Assembly: GCA_050942735.1 (NCBI GenBank) | Contig: JBMNNW010000006.1 | Location: 18,793 to 82,792 of the forward strand | Length of the DNA stretch: 64,000 bases | Source: Armatimonadota bacterium | GTDB lineage: Bacteria > Armatimonadota > Zipacnadia > Zipacnadales > UBA5352 | Direction: 5' to 3' | Shown here: one piece after another, positions 9,358 to 19,547 of the stretch | Numbering within the stretch: position 1 is the stretch's first letter | Layout: every line of letters starts with the position of its first letter | Program-made: the position numbers and the translations under genes | The notes under the pieces: generated by a model | What the model was told of the DNA's origin: nothing | Database searches by the model: none | Seen by the model: only the letters and a program-made list of their open reading frames with translations

Positions 9358-12180
9358 TCACCGCCCACCAGAGCCGACGGCGTCGCCCGGAATCTCGCTC
9401 TCACCCGCCACACGCTGCAACCACTGCCTCCCGCGCACAATCTGTTCGGCGGCCCTCGCGTTGCGCTCCTCGAGATGCTCCGGGTCGCGGTTGAACTCGC
9501 GCACATTCATCACCATGTCCCAGTTCCGCTGGTACTGCGTCTGCATCGCCATCCGCAGCCGCCACAGACGGTTCGGGACCGCATGCCGACCGAGCGCCGA
9601 GGTGAGCGAGCGCAGGATGCGCAGGTACTCGTAGTCCTGCAACGCCTGCCGCAGGAGCTTAAGTTCGACCGTCGGGTGCGGGTCAACCAGCCGTCCCCCA
9701 TCCTCCGCCTCGCAGAAGAGCAGCCCGGACGCGCACAGCGCCTCGCTGTCGGCGCCGTCCCAGAAGACGCGGCTGAGCCGGTACCTGTCCGCAAGCCAGC
9801 CGAGCATGCGCGTGTCCATCTCTCCCGCGGACTCGCTGAGGCGCCACGCCCGCCCCGCCCCGGCCTCGCCAGCCGCGGCGAGCAGGCGGGGACCCTCGCA
9901 TCCGCCGAAGCCGGTCGCGATCTCCGGCGCCATCGCCCACGTCCCCACACCGTAGACCGGCTCAAGCTCGATCCCCGGCTCCGCGGCCGCCACCGCGTCG
10001 GCGGCTTCGGCGGGCCCCATCTCAGGCGGCGTCACGCCCGGGGGCACCCACGTCGCGATCGGGCGGTCGCCCGTCGCCCTCTCCCAGTGGCGGATGGCGC
10101 TGCGAAGCGCCCGCACAGGATCCTCCAGTGCATTGAGCTGCTCCGCTCGCGCCGCGATCATCGCGCGCACCGCGGGCTGATAGTCCTGCGCGCGCGCCAT
10201 CATCCGCTCCGCGCCGCCGAAGTCAATCCCCTCGTCGCTCCACCACGTGAAGTCCGCGAGCATCTCGCGCGGGACGACGCCGTGGCGCAGCAGCGCCTGC
10301 GCGTAGGGCCAGTACTCCCCCGCTCCCAGCGGCGAGCGCTCACCGTACCAGCGCTCCATCACGTGCGGGCCGTCGAAGCCCACCGAGACCGCCAGCGACG
10401 GCGTCGGCGGGAGCGTGAAGTCATGCACCGTCAGCACCACCGGAAGCGCCACGCGATACTCGCCGTCGGTGGTCACGATCTCCCCGTGGTAAACGCCGGG
10501 CTCTGCCTCCCGCGGGACCGCGATCTCCCACCACAGATGAGCGGGCCCGTCGATGGAGACGGGCTCGCGCGGCACCAGCCGCTCGCCCCCGCGGAGAGCG
10601 TACCAGGTGATGGCGTCAATGACCCCGCGCGCGCCTGCAAGCCCCTCCCGGACGACCGCGACGTCGCGTCCGGACCCGTCGCCCAGCACCACGAGCTGGA
10701 CGGGCACGACTTCCCCGCGCGCGGCCTGCAACTCGATCCGCTCAGGCGTTCGCAGCGTCCGGCTCGACTCAGGCAGCGCTCCGGGCTCGGTCGGATCGGC
10801 GATCGCAAGCCCCCATGGCGCATCCGCCCACCTGTGCGCCGCGGTCAACGGCGCGAGCAGCGCCCGCGCCTCGTCGAGCCACCGGTCGATGCTCCTGACC
10901 CGCGCGTTGATAGCGACCCACTCGTCGAAATCCGGCGCGGGCGCCTCAACTCGTGACCTCAGCTCGCCGATCGCCTCCGCAAGCCCCTCTGTCCCCGCTG
11001 TCCCGTCCCCGCCCGCGGCAATCGGCGCCGGGAAGCCCGCGGCAACGCTCATCGCGCCCCAGCGCCGCTCCAGACGCTCAATCTCGCGGAGTGCCGTCTT
11101 CCGGTAAGCCTCCGGGCGGTTGGGCCTGAACCCGACGAGGTGACCGTATTGATGCACCTCGTGAAAGCTCGGAGAGTTGTCGGCGTGTGACATGCCCTCC
11201 CCGACAACGCGATCGTTGCGGGAGAAGAGGATGCCCGCGATATCCCCCGTCGGCAGCGGCATCTCGCCGGTCGGGTTGCCGCGCAGGTCGCGCTTCTCGA
11301 AGCTCGCCAGCGAGAGCCTGATCTCCGCGATCCACGCCCCGGGCTCGATCGAGGTCTCCCACTCGCCGATGTAATCCCAGTCCGTCAGCCACTGGCCACC
11401 CTCGTAGAAGTATTTCGCGTCGAATGCCACGCCTCTGGGCGTGATGTTGTACTCGTAGTAGCGATGATGATCGTGGCCGAGGTCGATGAAGATCTCCGCC
11501 GAATCGTCGCGCCAGGCGAAGCCGTCCCGCTCGGTGATGTTCATGACCAGCCTGCCCTCGTCGGGCGTCTCACACCGGAAAGCCACGTAGAGGTTCTCAT
11601 CGTCATACGCGGCCCACACATACGTCGCCATCTGCGCGTCACCGGGTCTGTTGTACATGCCCCAGTAGGGGTCGCCGATGTACGCCGCGTCGTCCCAGCA
11701 GGCATCGGAGAGATCGCCGTCGATGGTCGGTGGCTCGCTGACCCGCGGGATGCGGTGCTGGTAGAGCGGCTCGGGCTGCAGCGCGAAGTGATCGGGCATC
11801 GGTGCGCCGCCGGCGGGCTCCAGCCAGCACGTTGCCGGTTCGTCGCCGGCCTCGAAGGTCCAGCTCACGGGCAAAGTACGCGGACCGCCCGCCCCATCGG
11901 GGTTCGCGCGCAGGCGCAGCGAGACCGTCAGCGGCTCCTCAGTCGGTCCCTCCACGCGCCTGGTCGCCATCCGCTGTCGTGCGGGATAGCACAGCGTCAG
12001 CGTGCCGGGCCCCTCAATGCGGACGGTCGCTTTCCACTCGCACTCGGCGGTTGGGAATGCCGCTCGCGCCGTCCACTCGCCGGAGGCCGACTCGCCCGCC
12101 CCGACCGACACGAGCCGCTCCTGCGCCCATCCGCTCGATGCCAGCAGCGCCACCATCGCAACGATCGTCCAGCGCCTCAT
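9358..12180 (-). CDS. Large secreted protein with CBM9/DOMON-like carbohydrate-binding domain and a probable glycoside-hydrolase-like C-terminal region
   Basis: Signal peptide MRRWTIVAMVALLASSGWAQE from the Met at 12180. The CBM9-like block is ACWDDAAYIGDPYW ... YVAFRCE ... DSAEIFIDLGHDHHRYYEYNITP. Confidence 0.5.
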   Translation of the reverse strand: MRRWTIVAMVALLASSGWAQERLVSVGAGESASGEWTARAAFPTAECEWKATVRIEGPGTLTLCYPARQRMATRRVEGPTEEPLTVSLRLRANPDGAGGPRTLPVSWTFEAGDEPATCWLEPAGGAPMPDHFALQPEPLYQHRIPRVSEPPTIDGDLSDACWDDAAYIGDPYWGMYNRPGDAQMATYVWAAYDDENLYVAFRCETPDEGRLVMNITERDGFAWRDDSAEIFIDLGHDHHRYYEYNITPRGVAFDAKYFYEGGQWLTDWDYIGEWETSIEPGAWIAEIRLSLASFEKRDLRGNPTGEMPLPTGDIAGILFSRNDRVVGEGMSHADNSPSFHEVHQYGHLVGFRPNRPEAYRKTALREIERLERRWGAMSVAAGFPAPIAAGGDGTAGTEGLAEAIGELRSRVEAPAPDFDEWVAINARVRSIDRWLDEARALLAPLTAAHRWADAPWGLAIADPTEPGALPESSRTLRTPERIELQAARGEVVPVQLVVLGDGSGRDVAVVREGLAGARGVIDAITWYALRGGERLVPREPVSIDGPAHLWWEIAVPREAEPGVYHGEIVTTDGEYRVALPVVLTVHDFTLPPTPSLAVSVGFDGPHVMERWYGERSPLGAGEYWPYAQALLRHGVVPREMLADFTWWSDEGIDFGGAERMMARAQDYQPAVRAMIAARAEQLNALEDPVRALRSAIRHWERATGDRPIATWVPPGVTPPEMGPAEAADAVAAAEPGIELEPVYGVGTWAMAPEIATGFGGCEGPRLLAAAGEAGAGRAWRLSESAGEMDTRMLGWLADRYRLSRVFWDGADSEALCASGLLFCEAEDGGRLVDPHPTVELKLLRQALQDYEYLRILRSLTSALGRHAVPNRLWRLRMAMQTQYQRNWDMVMNVREFNRDPEHLEERNARAAEQIVRGRQWLQRVAGESEIPGDAVGSGGR

Positions 12181-12239
12181 CGTCGCCGCCTCCTCCGAGT
12201 CTCTGCCGACCGATCTCCCGGCCCCCCCGGCCCGTTCGT

Positions 12240-13289
12240 CTACCCCGCCGCCATCCGCCTGCTCACATCGGCCATCCGGATGAAGTTCTCCCCCGCGCGC
12301 TCGGTGTATGTCCCCGAGGTCGTCCCGCCGAGCAGATACCCGCCCGGTCCCGCGGCCTCGATACACTCCTTCGCAAGTTGCTCGATCGTGTCGCCATCGA
12401 CCTTCTCGATGACCTCCATGTCATCGAGATTCCCCAGAAGGCAGACGCGGTCGCCGATCCGCTGCTTGCACTCCGCGAGCGTCGTGTCACCCCACGGCGG
12501 GCCCTCCAGTGGATCGAGCGAGTCCACGCCGATCTCGGCGATCATCTCGAGGAAGCGCCCCATCGGTCCGTGATTGTGATAGTGCGCCAGCGCCCCGTGC
12601 TCGTGCATGATCTCCACCAGCGGCCGGTCGAAGCGCAGCATCGTCTCCCGGAAGCCCTCCGGCCCAAGCTGCGTGGATGCGAACTCTCCGCCGATGATGC
12701 GGAAGCAGTCCACGCCCTGCCGGCAGCACTCCTCGACCCAATGGAAGCACCGCTCAGCGGCGACCTCGACGAGCTCCATGAACGTCGCGCGGTCGTCCAG
12801 CCACAGCAGAGAGTAATCCTCCGGAGAGAGGAACCGTGCGGCGATCCCGCCGGGATTCGTCATCCCCACCCCCACCATGCCCTCCTCGCCGATCCGGTCC
12901 TTGCGCTCGATGAAGGGCGTCGCGTCGACCTCCGGTGGCTCGTAGGGGATCGCCAGCAGATTGTGCACATCCTCCGCGGTCTTGCAGAAGAACTCCATCG
13001 TGGCCGAGGTGATCTCCGTCCTCTGCGTCCGTGAGTAGAGGTCCCCCTCAGGCGCCTCGATCACCGAGTAAGTCCTCCCCTCGCGCTCTTCGGTGCGCGT
13101 CTTCACCGCTGAGCCGAGGAACCAGTCTCCACCCGCCACATGCGCGCCGATGAACGGATCGCACTCACGCAACATCCGCTGCGCGATCTCGCTGTCCTCG
13201 TCCATGCGCCCGAACCCCCACGGCGTCACCGGCACGCGGTCCGGCGTTCCAAGCTCGATCGCACACAGAATACGCTCTCGCGATGTCAT
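12240..13289 (-). CDS. Uroporphyrinogen-decarboxylase (URO-D)-family protein (MtaA/CmuA-like methyltransferase fold)
   Basis: 349 aa, with a family-wide resemblance to URO-D (LLGNLDDMEV ... GGYLLGGTTSGT). Confidence 0.55.
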   Translation of the reverse strand: MTSRERILCAIELGTPDRVPVTPWGFGRMDEDSEIAQRMLRECDPFIGAHVAGGDWFLGSAVKTRTEEREGRTYSVIEAPEGDLYSRTQRTEITSATMEFFCKTAEDVHNLLAIPYEPPEVDATPFIERKDRIGEEGMVGVGMTNPGGIAARFLSPEDYSLLWLDDRATFMELVEVAAERCFHWVEECCRQGVDCFRIIGGEFASTQLGPEGFRETMLRFDRPLVEIMHEHGALAHYHNHGPMGRFLEMIAEIGVDSLDPLEGPPWGDTTLAECKQRIGDRVCLLGNLDDMEVIEKVDGDTIEQLAKECIEAAGPGGYLLGGTTSGTYTERAGENFIRMADVSRRMAAG

Positions 13290-13308
13290 CGCATCTCCTC
13301 CATCTGCG

Positions 13309-16017
13309 CTACCATCTCTGCCCCTCCTGCGCCAGCGCCTCGGTCATCGTCAGCCCGTGCAACCCCCGGGCCGTCAGGTGATGTCCGGCCATCCCGTAGA
13401 CCGGCCGGAAGGGCACGATGTGCTCGAAGCGTCGGTCCAGCGCCTCAAGAAACTCCTTCGTTCGCAGCATCGCCTGCTCCTCGTCGGGCGCGTTGAGCAC
13501 AAGCGCTCCATCGCGCAGCGACCAGCCGTTGCCCTCCGCCCCCTGGCCGATCCGCAGCACGATCGCCGCGTCCGTGCCGCCGCCATCCACGACCGACAGC
13601 GGCTCGATCTCCTCCCGCCCGAGTTCGTGCCGCGCGTGGTAGCGGAAGTAACGATCGAGGTGCCCGCACACCCGCGCGTACGCCCGCTCCTCGGGCTCCG
13701 GCGCATCCACTGAGAACGCCATCTCGCCCTCTTCGGTCAGGAACTCGACGCCGTCAAGCGCCGTCGTGCCGAAGTCGAAGTGCCGCGAGGAGTACGTGAT
13801 CTCCACCACGCTCTCCCCCGCGGGCAGAACGACGGCCTCGCCGCAGGGCGCGCCGCCGAGCGCCACGCCGTCCACGTCGAAGCCGCGCCGCTCGGGGATC
13901 GCGAGAGTCGCCTCGGTCGCCACGTCGGCCGTGATGCTCACGCGCGTGACCATGCGGTCGAGGTCCTCCTGCGCCGATGCCACGCACTCAAGCGGACCGT
14001 CGGCGCGTATCCCCAGCACCGACCGCAGCACGCTCACCCGGCGCCCCGGCGCGTCGATCGACAGGCGCGTCGTGCGGTCATCCAGCGTCTGCGCGATCGG
14101 CGCGGTCGGCGTCCTCGCGTTGACGAACACGCAGTTCGACTCGCCCAACGCGTCATTGTGCACCTTCAGGTCGGCCGCGACCAGCTCCTCAGCCGGGTTG
14201 CCGACCGCGATCAACACGCCCGCCTCGCCGCCATAGCGTCCCATCCAGAGGGTGTCATCACCCGCGTGCTCGACCGGGCAGACCGGCTGCCAGCCCGCGC
14301 GGACGCACTCGCGCAGCAGCGGGAAGTCGCGCTGGAGCTTGTCCATCCCCGGCAGGTAGTTGTACCCGGGGAACATCCCCCACTCGAAGCTCTTGAGCAT
14401 CACGTAGTCCGCCAGCTTCGCCCAGACGTTCAGGAAATCTCCCCGCGGCATTCCGTCCGGGTCCTGCAGCACGTCGCGCAGTTCGTAGCCCTTCCAGATG
14501 ACCCCCGGCTTGCCTCCGAGGGCCATGCACATGCTCGCCCACTTGTGCCGCTGCGGGCCGGTCAGCGTCAGCTCCATCAGCGCTCCGTCCACATGCCACG
14601 CGGTGAAGCTCGTCCCCGCTCCCACGATCAGAGGCCGCTCGAAGGGCGCGTGACTCCAGTCGAGACCGCGGAGGTAGCGGTACTGCTCAACCATCGAGAT
14701 GCCGAGGTCGAAGAAGACTCCGCGCTCGTCCCATGATCGCCCCGGCAGTGGATTCTCCCGCACCACCTCCGCGTAGTTGCGCTGCCCCGCGACCGCCACG
14801 TCGAAGGCATAGCCGGTGATCTCCAGGTTCTGGCCGACCAGCCGGTAGTCTTCCTCGAGCCGCTCGCCGTAGGACGTGCCGGTCGGCTGTACCAGCAGTT
14901 CATCGTCGTAGCCGGTCACCCATGCGCTCAGCCGCGTCTTCTCCCGATCGTTCTGCACGATGGCGTCGGCGAACTTCTCCTCGGCAAGCTGCTCCTCGAC
15001 CCAGATGCCCGCGGGCGTGTAGAAGAGCGCGCCCGTGTCGTAGCCGTACTCGGCGAAGAACGCCTCGCGCTCCTCGCGGAACTGCTCCGCGCTGATCTCG
15101 CCCATGTCGTAGCTGCCGCCGAGGATCCCCCGCAGACGCTCGCTGAAAGGCTTCGCGAGCGACTCATACTCCCATTCGTCATCCCGGCCCCAGAAGTCGC
15201 CCGACCGTTTGAAGGGCGCGTAACACCACTCCCACGTGCAGCCGAGCCGGCGCAGCTCCTCGTGGTCGATCCCCGGCCACCATGCGTGGTACTGCGACGA
15301 CGTGCCCCAGACCGCGTCCGGCACCGCGTCGGCAACCGTGAAGTGCTCCTCGAATGCGTCACGGTAGGCCTGCCAGACCGCCCGAAGGAAACCCCACCGG
15401 ACGTCGCCGGTGGTTCCCACGACCACGCCAAAGCGCTCCTCGGCCCCCGGATCAAGCACCGTGCGCACCGAGAAGCGGTAGTCCGAAGCGCCGCCCGGGA
15501 CGTAGTCGAAGGTGGGCTCGGCGAAGCTGATCAGCGTGTCCGGGGTGATGCCCACAAAGATCGCGCGGGTGGCGTCACCGGCGGCTGAGAGCGGCCACGC
15601 TCCGCGCTCACGCGGCTCGTCGGTCTCCTGCGGTCCCGGAATCGGCCTCACTGCACGAAAGCCGCCGTCCCAGTACTGTGCGCTCGCCTCATCAAGCTCA
15701 GGCGCGAGCAGCGCCGCGAACTGCAGCAGCCGCCGTTGCTCCCCGGCGTTGCCGATCGTCACGTCGAGCACAATCGCGTCGCCGGTCACCGGGCGCTGCT
15801 CGATCTCGATCGACAGGCCGCGATCGGCCGTCCCTCGCCACAGACGCCCGTCCTCGGCCCAGTCAACCTCCACACCGAACGCCTGCACGCCCTCCGTGAG
15901 GTCGATCGAGAATGCGAGTGTGCCTGCGGCCATCTGCATCTGCATCTGCGCCGACGCGGGCAGCGTCAGCGTCGCGAACGAGCAGAGCAGGAGGGATCTT
16001 CGGATGATCTGTCGCAT
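13309..16017 (-). CDS. Large secreted hypothetical protein (902 aa)
   Basis: Signal peptide MRQIIRRSLLLCSFATLTLPASAQ. The ORF is long and uninterrupted, and no family was recognised. Confidence 0.5.
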   Translation of the reverse strand: MRQIIRRSLLLCSFATLTLPASAQMQMQMAAGTLAFSIDLTEGVQAFGVEVDWAEDGRLWRGTADRGLSIEIEQRPVTGDAIVLDVTIGNAGEQRRLLQFAALLAPELDEASAQYWDGGFRAVRPIPGPQETDEPRERGAWPLSAAGDATRAIFVGITPDTLISFAEPTFDYVPGGASDYRFSVRTVLDPGAEERFGVVVGTTGDVRWGFLRAVWQAYRDAFEEHFTVADAVPDAVWGTSSQYHAWWPGIDHEELRRLGCTWEWCYAPFKRSGDFWGRDDEWEYESLAKPFSERLRGILGGSYDMGEISAEQFREEREAFFAEYGYDTGALFYTPAGIWVEEQLAEEKFADAIVQNDREKTRLSAWVTGYDDELLVQPTGTSYGERLEEDYRLVGQNLEITGYAFDVAVAGQRNYAEVVRENPLPGRSWDERGVFFDLGISMVEQYRYLRGLDWSHAPFERPLIVGAGTSFTAWHVDGALMELTLTGPQRHKWASMCMALGGKPGVIWKGYELRDVLQDPDGMPRGDFLNVWAKLADYVMLKSFEWGMFPGYNYLPGMDKLQRDFPLLRECVRAGWQPVCPVEHAGDDTLWMGRYGGEAGVLIAVGNPAEELVAADLKVHNDALGESNCVFVNARTPTAPIAQTLDDRTTRLSIDAPGRRVSVLRSVLGIRADGPLECVASAQEDLDRMVTRVSITADVATEATLAIPERRGFDVDGVALGGAPCGEAVVLPAGESVVEITYSSRHFDFGTTALDGVEFLTEEGEMAFSVDAPEPEERAYARVCGHLDRYFRYHARHELGREEIEPLSVVDGGGTDAAIVLRIGQGAEGNGWSLRDGALVLNAPDEEQAMLRTKEFLEALDRRFEHIVPFRPVYGMAGHHLTARGLHGLTMTEALAQEGQRW

Positions 16018-16043
16018 GAGCGCCTCCGTGTAGTGCGTCGGTC

Positions 16044-16781
16044 TTAGTAGCGCGGCACGTCCGAGATGCGCACCTCGTCGATGAGCGCCTCCGCCACGTT
16101 CACGCCGCGCTCGTGGGCGCCGATGGCGATGCGGGTGTCAGGTGCGGGTATCCCGTCCGCCACCGCGGGCTTCTCAGCGACCACCTCGCCGTCGATGATC
16201 AGCCCGTAGCGCACCGCGTCCCACTGGAAGCCAATCTGGTGCCACTGCCCGTTCCACTCGTAGGGATACGCGGCAGTCAGCGTCACCTCACCGCCATCTG
16301 GGCTCTTCACGACAAGCTGAAGCGTTCGCTCCTCGGCCGGCCGGAGCGCGAGGATCACGTAGCCCGAGGCGTAGTAGACTCCCGATTCCCACGTCATGAC
16401 CCGCCGGAAGTATTCGGGGTTCTTGACCTCCTCGAAGTTGACGAACATCTCGAGGCAGCCCGACCTCGGATTGACGTTACCGCGCGCATACGTCAGCGGG
16501 ACATAGAGCGGGAATATCTCGATCTGCTCCACACTCACCTCCGGCGTCATCCAGCCCTTCGTGGCGTGGATCGCATTGCCGAAAAGCCCCTCCGCCAGCC
16601 GGGAACGCCCTTCCGCACGCGGATCGTCGAGTGCGTGGTCGGCATCTATGCCATCATCGTAGCGGGCGAGCAGCAATGTGTGCTGATCCACTTCGAAGGG
16701 CCCCAGGCCCTCGGGAGTCGCGGCCACGGGGTTGAGCGCGAGCGAGAGTACGAGCAACGCGAGCGGTGCGCGGGCGGTCAT
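16044..16781 (-). CDS. Secreted concanavalin-A-like lectin/glucanase (LamG) domain protein
   Basis: Internal Met at 16781 gives the signal peptide MTARAPLALLVLSLALNPVAA. The C-terminal LamG-like region is ...WHQIGFQWDAVRYGLIIDGEVVAEK.... Confidence 0.5.
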   Translation of the reverse strand: MTARAPLALLVLSLALNPVAATPEGLGPFEVDQHTLLLARYDDGIDADHALDDPRAEGRSRLAEGLFGNAIHATKGWMTPEVSVEQIEIFPLYVPLTYARGNVNPRSGCLEMFVNFEEVKNPEYFRRVMTWESGVYYASGYVILALRPAEERTLQLVVKSPDGGEVTLTAAYPYEWNGQWHQIGFQWDAVRYGLIIDGEVVAEKPAVADGIPAPDTRIAIGAHERGVNVAEALIDEVRISDVPRY

Positions 16782-16819
16782 CCCAGATCTCCTGACGCGG
16801 CGGTGGGTGATGCGGTGGT

Positions 16820-17476
16820 CTAAAAGCCCCAGAGCGACTCCGGCTCCTCCGTGGACTCGGGCCTGAGCCACTTCGTATGTCCGTCAAGGAATGTGTAGTT
16901 CGCGCCGCCCCCATGCCTGTGTATGGCGACGCGTTCGAGACCGCCCTCTGAGTATCTGACCCCGTGCGTGTTGTAACGCTGCCCATTCAGCTCGCAGAAG
17001 AGCACGGTTGCGATCGGGTCGGCGACCGCCGCCAGCTTCAGCGACGAGCCCAGATAGCCGCCGACCTCGGCCAGTCCGAGGTTGATCCCGTAGCTGTGCG
17101 GGGCACAGAGCGTGCCGCCGAGCCGCCGGGGATACTCATCGCTCGGGCACAACAGCAGGCCCTCGTTGCTCACGTAGGCCTGAATGGTCATGTCCCAGCA
17201 GATGCGTCCCGCGGTCCCGTGCGGCAGCATCGCAGGGATGATCGTGTCATCGTAGTCATCCGCGTACATCCGCGCCGCGAGGCCGAGACTGCGCATGTTG
17301 CTGATGCACGACACACCCTCGGCCCTGCCCAGCGCGGCCTCGAAGACCGGGAAGAGCATGGCCGAGAGCAGCAGGATGATCGCGACGACGACGATCATCT
17401 CGACGAGCGTAAATGCCGACCGCGGCGCCCCCCATCCCCCCTTCGGGCGGGGCGCGCGGCCGCGACTGAGCTGCAC
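16820..17476 (-). CDS. Prepilin-type N-terminal cleavage/methylation domain protein with DUF1559 (H-X9-DG) domain
   Basis: Pseudopilin N-terminus AFTLVEMIVVVAIILLLSAMLFPVF. The C-terminal H-X9-DG motif is HGGGANYTFLDGHTKW. The in-frame ATG at 17713 would add about 100 aa before the leader, so GTG at 17476 (VQLSRGRAPRPKGGWGAPRSAFTLVE) is the more plausible start. Confidence 0.55.
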   Translation of the reverse strand: MQLSRGRAPRPKGGWGAPRSAFTLVEMIVVVAIILLLSAMLFPVFEAALGRAEGVSCISNMRSLGLAARMYADDYDDTIIPAMLPHGTAGRICWDMTIQAYVSNEGLLLCPSDEYPRRLGGTLCAPHSYGINLGLAEVGGYLGSSLKLAAVADPIATVLFCELNGQRYNTHGVRYSEGGLERVAIHRHGGGANYTFLDGHTKWLRPESTEEPESLWGF

Positions 17477-17730
17477 GGAACCGTTCCCTCCGGACGGCTT
17501 CGTGAACGGCCGGCGATGGTGCAGCAGCGCATTTCCCCGGACCCGGTGGCCCTTCCTCCCGAGCCCGCTCGAAACGCCGGTCGCAGCCACCCGCCGGGAA
17601 ATATGTCGCGGTTCGGGAACATCCCGGACGCCCCCAGACGTTGTATTCGGTGAAGTGACGATGCAATCGCCTGCGGGCATCGCAGTCCGCGGACGTTGAG
17701 CCACGGCGCGCACCTCGCGCGCCCTGGGAG

Positions 17731-18693
17731 GTGGCAGACATAGCTCTTGCCATTCGCACTGAGAACCTGACCAAGGTCTACAACGTGGGCTGGGGCCGCC
17801 AGAACATCGGCATCCAGGACCTCACGCTCGAGGTCGAAGAGGGACAGATCTTCGGCCTCGTGGGACCGAACGGATCAGGGAAGACGACCACCCTGAAGCT
17901 GCTGCTGGGTCTAATCTTCCCCACCTCCGGTACCGCGGAGGTGCTGGGTGAGCCCCTCGGCAGCCCGCACTACAAAGCGCGTATCGGTTATCTTCCCGAG
18001 GGTCCGTACTTCTACGAGCACCTCAACGCCCCGGAGCTGCTCAAGATGTACGGCAGCCTCTTCGGCCTCGGCGGCCCATCGCTGGACAAGCGCATCCAGG
18101 AGCTGCTGGAGCTCGTGGACATGTGGGACCGACGCGAATACCGCGTGGCCAACTATTCGCGCGGGATGCGCCAGCGCGTCGGGGTCGCGCAGGCGCTCAT
18201 CAACGACCCTGACCTGCTGTTCTTCGACGAGCCAACCTCCGGCCTCGACCCGATCGGCGCCAAAGACATTCGCGAGGTTATCCTTGAACTGCGCAGTCGG
18301 GGCAAGACCGTCTTCCTCTGCTCGCACCTGCTCAAGGAGATGGAGCCGATCTGTGACAACATCGCGATCCTCGCCGCCGCGAGGCTCATGACCGAGGGCT
18401 CGGTCGAGGAGCTGCTCCACAGCGAGGATGCTCATTACCGCGTCGAAGTGCGCGACCTCTCTAAGGAGACGCTCGCGGACCTCGAGCAGCGCGCGCAGAA
18501 GATCATGTGGCTCGACGAGACCTGCCGCGCGCTCTTCGATGAACGCGAGAACGCCTTCGACGCCGCCAGGATGCTTGAAGACGCGGGCGCACACCTGCTC
18601 ACAGTCGGCCCCGACCGCCGCACCCTCGAGGAAGTGTTCATCGAAACCGTTGGAGAGGAGCCCGTCGATGCGACCGATCTTTCGAGTGGCTAA
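17731..18693 (+). CDS. ABC transporter ATP-binding protein (ABC-2 type)
   Basis: Walker A GPNGSGKTT, ABC signature YSRGMRQRV, Walker B LLFFDEPTSGLD. Confidence 0.85.
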   Translation: MADIALAIRTENLTKVYNVGWGRQNIGIQDLTLEVEEGQIFGLVGPNGSGKTTTLKLLLGLIFPTSGTAEVLGEPLGSPHYKARIGYLPEGPYFYEHLNAPELLKMYGSLFGLGGPSLDKRIQELLELVDMWDRREYRVANYSRGMRQRVGVAQALINDPDLLFFDEPTSGLDPIGAKDIREVILELRSRGKTVFLCSHLLKEMEPICDNIAILAAARLMTEGSVEELLHSEDAHYRVEVRDLSKETLADLEQRAQKIMWLDETCRALFDERENAFDAARMLEDAGAHLLTVGPDRRTLEEVFIETVGEEPVDATDLSSG

Positions 18694-19489
18694 GGCCACC
18701 TTTCATGAAGGCTGGCGCAAACGATTCCTCAACGGAATCCTCGTCTTCGCCATCCTGATCATCGGCTCGTCCTGGGTCTTCACCTACCTGCAGCCGGGGG
18801 CGGAGTTGAAGATGCTCACCGACGTCGGGCTGGGCTCGATCCGCTTCTTCGGCATGCTCATCGCCGTCTTCCTGGGCGTGCGGCTGATCCCCGACGAGAT
18901 CGAGAAGCGCACGATCTACACGCTGCTGTCCAAGCCCGTCACCCGGACGCAGTTCCTGCTGGGCAAATTCCTCGGCGGCCTCGGCACCGTCATCAGCAAC
19001 GTGGCCCTGATGGGCGCGACGTTCTATCTCGTCTTCGCCATCAAGGCCCCGCAGTTCGCCACCATGACCGAAGAGACCGGCTCGCAGTACTCGATGGAGT
19101 TTATGTACGCGAACATCGCGAAGGCCATCCTTCTGAGCTTCTTCGAGCTGGCCATCGTGATGGGCATCGCCGTCGTCGCGTCGGTCATCTTCTCCTGGAT
19201 CCTCGCGGCGATCTTCACGTTCTTCGTGTACTTCGTGGGCCAGATGAGCGAGTTCTTCGGCAGCCTCGCCGACCCCGAGGCGGGCGCATCGCCGATCGCC
19301 CGCATACTGCTGGGCACGATCTACCGGATCCTGCCGCACTTCGAGATCTTTGATGTCCGTGAGGCGATCCTCACCGACGTGCCCGTAGTCTGGCACCCGT
19401 ATATGACGATGACGATGGGGACCGCCATCGTCTACGTCGGCATCGTGCTCGCGCTGGGCTATCTGTTCTTCAGCCAGCGTGAGGTGTAA
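18668..19489 (+). CDS. ABC-2 family transporter permease
   Basis: It starts at MRPIFRVAKA, overlapping the ATPase stop by 26 nt. The protein has six or more hydrophobic segments. Confidence 0.65.
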   Translation: MRPIFRVAKATFHEGWRKRFLNGILVFAILIIGSSWVFTYLQPGAELKMLTDVGLGSIRFFGMLIAVFLGVRLIPDEIEKRTIYTLLSKPVTRTQFLLGKFLGGLGTVISNVALMGATFYLVFAIKAPQFATMTEETGSQYSMEFMYANIAKAILLSFFELAIVMGIAVVASVIFSWILAAIFTFFVYFVGQMSEFFGSLADPEAGASPIARILLGTIYRILPHFEIFDVREAILTDVPVVWHPYMTMTMGTAIVYVGIVLALGYLFFSQREV

Positions 19490-19547
19490 CACAGAGCTTC
19501 GGCCGCCCCGCACCATGGGCGCGCCCAGTTTCGTCATATAGAGTGAT

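Noticed and set aside
9346-13034. Plus-strand ORFs 9346..10956 (536 aa), 11464..12573 (369 aa) and 11802..13034 (410 aa)
   Set aside because: They are antisense to the large CBM9-like secreted protein and the URO-D-family gene. Low-complexity R/P/A-rich translations.
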